DNA from: Nemertoderma westbladi | Taxonomy: Eukaryota > Animalia > Xenacoelomorpha | Assembly (NCBI GenBank): GCA_032718475.1 | Contig: JAUCBJ010006787.1 | Location: 1-59,622, forward strand | Direction: 5' to 3' | DNA: 59,622 nt | Part shown: positions 51,001-59,622 of the stretch, piece after piece | Position numbering within the stretch: position 1 is the first letter of the stretch | Layout: the number at the start of each line of letters is the position of its first letter | Made by a program: the position numbers and the translations under genes | Notes under the pieces: model-generated | Databases searched by the model: none | The model's input: only the letters and a program-made list of their open reading frames with translations | What the model was told of the DNA's origin: nothing

Positions 51001-52185
51001 TGTACGCACTTTTGAAGACCTTTAGCAGTTTAACCTGCCAAAATTTATATGTCTTTTGGTTTATAAATAGACTTTAGAAAATGACAAGTATTTAATACCA
51101 AGAAACACAACATTAGCCGAAGCCAGCCTAGTGCGCGTCCATTCACCCGCTGGATATACCCGGGAGACTGGATTCGGAGGGCTTAGATTGTTATTGCAGT
51201 GTAAGCTTACTGTATTATTCGATTGATCGTTAATAAATAATTTCTGACTAATATTATTCACTTTCGGGAAATATTAACAGTTCCTTTAGGACGTGGCGCT
51301 CTATCTAGGTAAACAGAGATATGACTTATACTAAACACAACGGTAAGTCAGTAAGGCTTATGATTCACGTATGAGGCGCATTCTTTAGGAAATGCTTAGT
51401 TATCAGTCACAATCATGCACACTACCGGTAACACACAATACTGCACACTAATTTGCCGACCGTCAATGAATTTTATCATATATAAAGAGAACAGCAATTG
51501 ACTCATATAGTGCTTATCAAATAGCATTAAACTCACTACAAACCACAATAATATAAGTCGCAATCGCTATATGTAACCCGTCTCTCTAACCTGTAGTGTA
51601 TCAAGAAAATTGGGAAATTTGGGTTCTTTATAGATGTTCTCCAAATAATATTCAACCAACTGATACAAAATAATAACAACAGTAAAAAGCATTAAGACGG
51701 TAGGTTAAGATATGATATGATAATGTATGTGCCGTTAAGACTGGACTGATAACAGTTATACGCTCTATAATCTAAGCCTACTAATGTTTCTTCTAAAGTC
51801 TGAAACGAATTGACTCTAGAGCCGGTGTTCCTGGCCTAGATAGAAACAACACAACAGTATCAAGAAAAACAGTAAGACTGAACACTCCTAGCACGATCTG
51901 CCGAAAATCTCCACATCGACAGTAAAAATCGCCCTGATTGGCTGTTAAGCTAAACAAAGAACCATGTGTCCAATGGCCGTTTCCATGTCAGCAACCAGCT
52001 GTTAGATGTCGTAATCTGAATCATCAAGGCTAAGCTGTGCCAGAGTATTTGACGCATTGCGGGTTTTATGCCTTACCATGTCCGCCAAAGCACACATACA
52101 GAAGAATGACTTTTATGTCCGTTAAAACACCTATAACGGTACCTTGCGGGCGAGGGGACTGATTATATCCGCAAAAGCTTTTACA
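51001..52185 (-). repeat. 5' LTR (1185 bp)
   Basis: Direct repeat of 34833-35972, TG...CA ends, flanked by the TSD. Confidence 0.96.
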
Positions 52186-52870
52186 TTATTTCACTTGTGG
52201 TCAATTTGGGGTGAAGATCACTCACTCTTTTCTCTTGCAGTCAATGTGCGACACTATCTGGCCTCATAATATTATAACATAAAATAATGGTAGGCAGTTC
52301 TGTATTCTGAATTCGTGTGTGTCACATGAACGAAGCCCCGCCATAAACATCCTTGCCAAGATCTGACAAGAATCCTCAATTACTAACAAGAATTAACAAA
52401 AGTCTCAAATCACACCAAGACAATCCAAGCCAATGTCTCTCAATAACCTCCAGTATTATAAATATAATAAATAATAATGATCTTATTCGATAAACAGTAT
52501 TTGAAAAAGGCATCAATTTCGCCTTACTAAGGTCGTCCCTGATGTGCCTCCGTGGGTTTCGGCCGGCCGCTAGAAGACCGGCGCGGGCAGCGGTGGCGGA
52601 CGCGTCCATTGTGTGGGCGAACGCGGACTCGGACCCCGGGACGGCTTAGATGTTAGAGGTCTGGCGGGTTTGTTGGGTACCGGCAGTGGCAGAGTGGCAG
52701 ACTGGTGATGGGTACTGAACCAATTTGTATTGTTTGTATTGTTGCTAGGTAACAGTTTGAATCAGCTGGTGGTGGGTTATATTTGTACTTGTTTTGGTGC
52801 GTTTTTATATTCGAATTATTGTTTGTTAATATTATAATATATGGAGGCTTTTGAGTAAAAAAAAAAAAAA

Positions 52871-53032
52871 ATTTGAAAAAGGAGCACTCTTTGTTACTAA
52901 TTTTTCAATTGAGCGAAATTCAGCTATTCTGTCACTCATGTATCACTCATGTCACTCAGTATTCTATTCATGACAGAATAGCTGAATTTCGCTCAATTGA
53001 AATTAGTAACAAAGAGTGCTCCTTTTTCAAAT
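52871..53032. mobile_element. MITE-like foldback with ~62-bp inverted arms
   Basis: atttgaaaaaggagcactctttgttactaattt(tt)caattgagcgaaattcagctattctgtca and its reverse complement flank a ~36-nt spacer. Confidence 0.85.
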
Positions 53033-53211
53033 ACTGTTTATCGAATAAGATTATTATTATTTATTATATTAAAATTATTATAAATATTATAACTTGATAA
53101 ATTATTTTATACATTATGTTTATTGTAAGGTATTGCTTTTTATTTGAGCAACAAAATTATTTTCTCGCGCAGAATTTTACCAGTAGTACTTAATTATCAA
53201 TTATTTTTTAG

Positions 53212-53346
53212 TTGATTGGTTGGTTTATTTGTCTGACCCATGCCTTAACAATGACTGCGGTGGACACGGAAGCTGTAGCAGTGTCGATGGGGCAGCTCAA
53301 TGTCAATGTGACGAAGGCTATGTTTCCAATGGAGGTGCTTGTATTG
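53212..53346 (+). CDS. Host exon encoding one EGF-like domain
   Basis: ttttttAG acceptor, GTGAGT donor, 135 bp, phase 1-1; DPCLNNDCGGHGSCSSVDGAAQCQCDEGYVSNGGACI has six Cys in EGF spacing. The acceptor position is less certain than the donor. Confidence 0.85.
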
Positions 53347-54140
53347 GTGAGTACATAAATGTAACTGAAAAATTCGCTTTCTTTTTCACCCAAATTAAAT
53401 ATTTTTATGTATCATGACTAATTTTGAAAACAATAAAATAGGAAATGGACCCTACCGAAATTAGCACCTACCGGTATGTACAGATACCGTGGTAGTACCC
53501 TGGTAGTACCCGTGGTGCTACCGTACCTCCCCCCAGAGTTGAAACCACCCACCCCTAATGTATGTTACCATCAGCCCCAAATGCATAAACATGATTCCCC
53601 ACTGAATGCAACCAACCCCAATTAGCACCTACCGGTATGTACATATAAATGATCAGATTTTTAAACAAAATTGCGCAGATGTCAGAAAATGCCCCTGTAA
53701 ATATATAATTATATGATGTTAGACAACCACGACTTTAGAGGGATTGTGATATTAATATGAAAACAATAAAATAGGAAATGGGGTCTTATTCCCTCAGATA
53801 CTACCTAGCATTTAGGGCCACAGTTAGTACTCAGGCACTATGGCCTATTAAAAAATGAAATACCAAATCGATTGTAGTGCTCCCAACCCAACTAACACAA
53901 GGAAAACTGCACCAAACCATGCAGTAATTACAGGTACCAGTAAGTATTGCACGAATAGGCTATCCCATAAATTAAGAAAAATAAAGGACATTTTGTCCGC
54001 CGAAAGGTAAGTCTAAGTAATAAATTTATAAAAATAAAAGGGTTTCGGAGATTTAAACACTGAACCCTGGGATTCGTGGTTCTTCTCATCAGCAGTGTGC
54101 CACGAACCCCACCCCTAACCTAAAAAACTGCACCACTAAA

Positions 54141-54164
54141 CTAGAGACGGGCCTAGCGGCCCGT
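54141..54164 (-). mobile_element. Helitron-like 3' terminus
   Basis: Minus strand reads acgggcc-gcta-ggcccgt (GC hairpin), then ct CTAG followed by T; no matching 5' end identified. Confidence 0.45.
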
Positions 54165-54771
54165 GAAGCAAGTCGTAGGAGACAGTACGAGTCAAGTAAA
54201 AGCTTTTTGTTCTGTCTGATAATCAATTAGTGTGAGGGTAGTCCTGGTGGTGTATGAAAAATTTTCTAAACAACTTCAAACTATAATTATTATGTTGTAA
54301 TCATCTAATGAATTATAAAAGCTGTTGTGATTATAGAAGATAGAGAGCAGTTAGCGAAATGATTATTTTATTCTATCGTGTTGCCGTTATTCCCGACACC
54401 ATGGGGGAAAACGCTGATGCTGGAGGCGGAACTTTTCAGACCATGGAATTCCGGCCAGTCACCGGATATTGGTAGTGGAGAAGGAATACGTTCTTAAATG
54501 CAAGATTGCAGTTGAGAAAAGTTTCATTGGTTGGATATACTCTTTAATGTAACTTCCCTACAGTTGAATCTTGTACTAATCTCACTGAATCTTGATTGAG
54601 AATAAGTTGGGCTTCCCCAAACCAATATACACCAAATATTCACAATAATATAACACGATAATATAAATCCCTACAGTACATTATTTAATTACCCACTGTT
54701 CGCTTAGATTTTGACCTAACTAATGTTCCCCAATTTTCCCTCGGTCCTAGTCTCGGTACCGAAGTGTCGGT

Positions 54772-55060
54772 GTCGGTCGACCCTGTTGCGTGTCCATCCC
54801 ACCCTTCCCGAACCCCGAAGGTATCGGTCATCAGGAAAGCGGTACGGCTTGGCTAAGGGTCGGTCCAGTCGGTAGACCCTGTTGCGTGTCCGTCCCACCC
54901 TTCCCGAACCCCGAAGGGATCGGTCATCAGGAAAGCGGTACGGCTTGGCTAGGGGTCTGTCAAGTCGGTGGACCCGTTTGCGTGTCCGTCCCACCCTTCC
55001 CGAACCCCGAAGGGATCAGTCATCAGGAAAGCGGTACGGCTTGTCTAGGGGTCCGTCGGT
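54772..55060. repeat. 96-bp GC-rich tandem repeat, 3 units
   Basis: ccttcccgaaccccgaagg recurs at about 54803, 54899 and 54995. Confidence 0.92.
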
Positions 55061-55085
55061 TCATCACAGGGACCCAACAACCTAA

Positions 55086-55350
55086 GCTTTCCGAGTCCTT
55101 ATTCAGGCTCGTACTAATGCCGGTCGTGGAACCCACTCCAGGAAGGCAGTCCTCGTCGAACCCTTCCTCCGTTAGTCGGTCGACCCGTCGCAAGTCCCTG
55201 GCGTATGTCGGCAGGCTTTCCGAGTCCTTATTCAGGCTCGTACTAACTGCCGGCGACCAGGGACCGCTAAAGGTCTGTCTGTCGGTTCCCGTCGCAAATC
55301 CCTGACACATTCAGCAGACTTTCCGAGTCCTTATTCAGGCTCGTAATAAC
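55086..55350. repeat. ~32-bp repeat, 3 copies with unequal spacers
   Basis: ctttccgagtccttattcaggctcgta(c/a)taa near 55087, 55216 and 55319. Confidence 0.88.
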
Positions 55351-55859
55351 TGCAGCCAGGGACCGCTAAGGGCAGTCCTTGTCCTTTAGACCTAGCGAGT
55401 TACCCAATCCACCTCTACAGGCAGCAGGAAGTTGGCTAGGCCTAATAGTAATCAGGCAAACCTGAATACTGCTTAACTTTGCCTCCCATCCCTGGCCCTT
55501 AAATACATTAAATGAGTCCCGTACCCCGTAAGTCGCCCCAGTATTCGCCCATAAACCGCCCCCAGTCCATTGAATGTGCCCAAATCCCATGTTCCCGCAC
55601 CCAGTAGTGATATCGGAATATTCATTTAAAATAAATCCAAAAAATATTCAACTCGCGTTAAGAAAAGTTGAAATACCGCGAACAGACCCCCCAATGACCT
55701 TCGTGAGGTCTATCGGTAGATCGAGTTTGCATAGGTCATTTCCCATATAAAAAACCCAAAATTTTAATATTGCATAGTCTTGATTAATTTTTCCTAGAGT
55801 CAGTTTATGTAAATATATAAAAATAAATGTTCGATATAAATGTTCCTGGAATATCCTGG

Positions 55860-57595
55860 TCCTCTATTTCTTACTCTGATACGCCTTTCTGCTCCATCGA
55901 CTCTCGTCGATCACCAGTGCTGGTAGGGGAGCATCAACATCCATCGTGAGCAACGTTTCAGCTTGTCTCCTGGCGGCTCTTCCTTTCGATGGTAGCGGGA
56001 TCATATCCGTCCGTCTTTCCAACTCGGTATTGCGTGCCTCTAGGAACCACTTTCCGTCACCGAACTCTTCCTTATATGAATATAAATGCCTAAGGATCTC
56101 GAATGGGCCGAATAATCCAGCGCTTAGTCATTCAAAGTCATTCGAAGTCATTCAACGCGAAGGTAGTGACTAACTCCCTCGCGGGGCTACCGGAGCCAAG
56201 TGGGGTTTATACGCCTGCTTCCATTGCAGGTTTGGCCGAGGCAACCCGTTTGGCCGCCGGTTCGTACGTGACTTCCGGATCGAGTTGTCGCTTTGGGGTG
56301 GACAGTAGAACACCTTCTTGTAGCCATAATTCCTCCCCATCCGAAGATATCAGTGGTTACTCCGCACCGAGGAGATCGGTAATCGTAGGGATGTCGAACG
56401 GCCCATTCTTCTCATCATTCATCTCTCCCGGTGAGATATTCTCTACCGCTTTGAACGCGTGGTCGATAACTTCGTTCCACTCATAATCGGTAAAGGATCT
56501 AGGAACCGCCTTAATGAGACTATCGAGAGTTTTACAGATGAACTTAGCAACTGTGTATGATTCCATTACGACGTAGATGTAGTTCCGTCGCTCCGGATTC
56601 TCCCACTTGTGGTGGATCGTCCACTTTCTTTCAATGTCCTTCCAGCGACTCTCTCGCTCACTCTTTATTTCTTATTCCGGGTACCCACCATATATCTTAT
56701 TATAATCTTGGAATTTCTGGGGTTTAAAGTCTATACTGCCGTTTAGCACTGCGAGGTAGCCAATACCGGATTTCGTCCGTCTCACCTCTCAGAATCCTCA
56801 CATAAATTCGGCAGATCGTAACCAGGCTAATAGTGTTTGGGTGTCGACGCAATGACTAATGGCGTTGAGATCTTCTCGACGGTTTCTTCCGAAAGGAGCG
56901 TTCGCGTAGTCGTTTCGGACATCCGCCTTTATATCCGACCCGATTTTAATGATGTCGAAGTCAAATAGGATCTGTTGGATCTCAGGTGGTAATAGCCAGA
57001 TCGCACCGGCTGTCCACACCTCCTGTTTGGGTGTCGGAAATATTCGACATACCAACACCAAACCGTCTAGGGTTCCGAGGACGACGACCAAGGATCGACC
57101 GTATTCCTTCGTCCCATACTTCTCCTGGTAGTCGTCGCGATTCTGGATAACTGATATACGTTCCTCTCGCAGTGTTGCCGTACACTTCACTAGGTTTCCC
57201 CAATGGGTGAGGTACGTACTCTTGTCGTCGACGAAACTTTGGCATCATGCCAATGTAATCGCTTTCGAGGTGGGCGTCGCATTTCCCTCGTTTTCGTATA
57301 TCAAACATCGGGATTTGTAGACGATTTGCTAGAACGTTTCCCAGAACGACAACTCATCTCCTCCGGTTGCCTTTTTGTTCCGAGTTCTTTTCAGTCTTGT
57401 ACTAACATCGGTCAACCGGAGTTCTCGTAGATTACGGGAATCCGGTCCCTCTCGCCCGGAGAATTTAACGACTCGCACATTCTCATTTATCAGGGCGTTC
57501 CAATTTGTATCAAAGTTAGGGGATCCAGGTTGTGGATATTCCAGTAAATCTATTGTATTACGTAATTCGCCGATAATTTGGCGATTTGGGTCCAT
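55860..57595 (-). pseudogene. Accessory gene copy 4: DEDDy-like exonuclease (knuckle region absent)
   Basis: LLPPEIQQILFDFDIIKIGSDIKADV (WRN/EXD2-like ExoII region), CVDTQ, then in frame through stops KSGIGYLA..DFKP..YNKIYG..NYIYVVME; no Cys cluster downstream. Confidence 0.78.
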
Positions 57596-59622
57596 ATTTT
57601 CATTTATGTCCGTTGCAAATTTACATCAGTTAATTATAAATCCAGAAAGTCTGATTCTATAGTGACTGCAGAATAATTCAGTTTATTTGTAATTCAGTTT
57701 ATTAATTATTATTGCTATATAGGCATCTACCATCTTATTGCTACTACATTCAGTATTTACAGTTACTATAGCTATACATTAATATCCAACCAGTTTTTGA
57801 CTTTTTATGTCCTCTTCTTTTTCCAATTCTTTTCTTTCTACATTTTATACATTTTTTTTGTCTTTTTTCATTTCTCATTTATTTCTCATTTCACATTTCA
57901 TTTATTTCTTTCCACATTTCATCATTTATTTCCACATTTATCTATTTTTCAGCAGTATTTTCATAATCACCAACCTTTATCTTACAGATGCTAGGGGTGT
58001 CTACAGGTAACGTCTACTATTTTTCAAATCGCTATTTTTCAGCAACCAGTATTTTCATATTCACCAACCTTTATTTTACAGGTGCTACGAGTGTCTACAG
58101 GTAACTTCTACTATTTTTCACCAGTAACTAAATTTAATTTTGCAATTTTTCAGATAACAAAATATTCAACAGGGTTCGAACTCGGGACCGTTATAACTCC
58201 TCACAACTCACCACTCACTCTTCCACCCAACCTCGAGAGAAAAAGGCGATAAATATCCGAGTTATAGCTGTTGATTGCCAAGTAATAATTATTCAATATC
58301 GATTTATTCATCATAACTGGTCGCAGATGTTTACAAATAGCTTGTGGTAGTATCAATTATAAATTATTGTTCATTGAATTCTATACTATAGCATATGTTA
58401 CCAACGAGATCCAATTATTCTAATGATTTCGATAGCATAAAATGCATATTAATTAATACGAAATACATCTAACTAATAATAATAATTTACTTGTTCTACA
58501 TACAGTATCAGTACAATATTGATAGGTTAATTACGTTTGAATATAAGATGGAATGATAATTAATGTTTAGATGTAGGGTATTGATTGTTGTGAGTATGTG
58601 CTAGATATAGCAGTAATAGTGTTATTCGATATGTAACATTATGAAACAATGTCTCATGTATTATACACTGTAGTGTTGCAACTATGTGTAGGTAAGTCAA
58701 TGTGTCAGTGTTAATATAGTATATTACATTTTTTTTTATAATATATTGGTTCTACAGAGTGATGCTGGGTTTTAGCACTATTAATTTGACATTTTTTTAT
58801 TGCGAAATTAGATTCACTGAAAAATCCCATGAATAAACTTTGCGAGACATTCCTTAACTATTCTTTGACAACAAATTGTTTATCTATCTATTTTGAGTAA
58901 AAAATGTGAAAATTAAAATGCAAGTCTTAAAAACTGAGTAAGTACTGTTATATTTATTTAAAAATATGAAATTTCGTCAGTAAATGCGATACTGCTGTAA
59001 TCATCTATTTTTTACTAAAAAATAATAAACTTACTGTATATATGTTGAAAACCAAGCATCATGCTACAGAAAAAATATTAACTTAAAATTCTTCACAAAC
59101 TTATTAACTGAAAATAGTATCTAGCATATATTCAACGTTTAATTTTACATTTTTTTTAGTCAAAGGTAGATTCACTGACATTGTTCTAGAACTTAATAGA
59201 ATTTGCTGTCATGTTGCAAATCATCCTTCATATGCTACCTATGGCGACTGATTTCACTTCTCTGCAAAATATTACACGTATTTCCAGCATTTTTGAAATT
59301 TAGGTCTCCAGTTGTGATACTCGGAGCCAGCTTAAAAACGATTCCTAGCCATATGACTTCTGTTGGATCGGTTGTAATACCTGTTGTCATAGGTTATGTC
59401 ACATTGGTCATTACTGGGGTACGAGGTATGTTCAGATTGGTCTCTTAGATGAGGGTTTGGGAAGTGTTGATGTGGATAATCATGTCTACTCACTCTGTGT
59501 TTCTGATACTGCTGGTATGTTTGACTTTGGTGTCGAGATGATTCTGGGGCATGTCTCCAAGAGTTCCTCACATACTCCGTATGCCTATTATTATCTTGCG
59601 GGATAGATTTATATTGATTACC

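Larger units (their letters stand above)
34833..52185 (-). mobile_element. Full-length 17.35-kb Bel/Pao LTR retrotransposon (family 1) with an accessory 3' region
   Basis: Two TG...CA LTRs, 5-bp TSD TTATT (34828-34832 and 52186-52190), domain order gag-PR-RT-RH-IN with Bel/Pao motifs, PPT next to the 3' LTR. Confidence 0.97.

Noticed and set aside
22971-53211. Strict antisense bias of intronic transposons
   Set aside because: The solo LTR and the CR1/L2-like fragment are in sense orientation and the sample is too small.
54716-55305. Repeat-protein ORFs on both strands
   Set aside because: By-products of a GC-rich 96-bp tandem repeat whose period is a multiple of three.
55086-55350. CRISPR-like array (32-bp repeat three times with spacers)
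   Set aside because: Spacers are long and unequal (about 97 and 72 bp), flanks are partly repeated, there are no cas genes, and the context is eukaryotic.
59203-59622. ORF-like sequence at the right edge
   Set aside because: Truncated by the window, contains stops and has no recognisable domain; possibly a TE ORF remnant.

Overview
This window looks like AT-rich animal (probably invertebrate) nuclear DNA made almost entirely of nested transposons; the taxon cannot be determined from sequence alone. The only host coding sequence I can support is two phase-1/phase-1 EGF-domain exons on the + strand (22848-22970 and 53212-53346). The largest feature is a young, full-length 17.35-kb Bel/Pao LTR retrotransposon on the - strand (34833-52185) with a TTATT target-site duplication and LTRs about 99% identical. 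Also present are two related LTRs (1-1260, 18164-19004), a second decayed Bel/Pao family (7.4-17.4 kb plus a solo LTR at 24951-25555), four RTE-like LINE pieces, a CR1/L2-like fragment, a piggyBac-like non-autonomous element containing a tRNA-derived SINE, and several MITE/hairpin and tandem repeats. Two observations stand out. (1) The family-1 Bel/Pao elements have no tRNA primer-binding site; instead the 11 nt after the 5' LTR are exactly complementary to an 11-mer inside the LTR, with four compensatory changes between two diverged copies, which matches the geometry of Tf1-type self-priming. (2) Four diverged copies of an accessory gene encode a DEDDy (WRN/EXD2/Mut-7-like) 3'-5' exonuclease domain; three also have tandem CCHC zinc knuckles and two sit directly downstream of Bel/Pao pol. 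All domain calls come from manual motif reading, not database searches, and boundaries of degraded elements are approximate.
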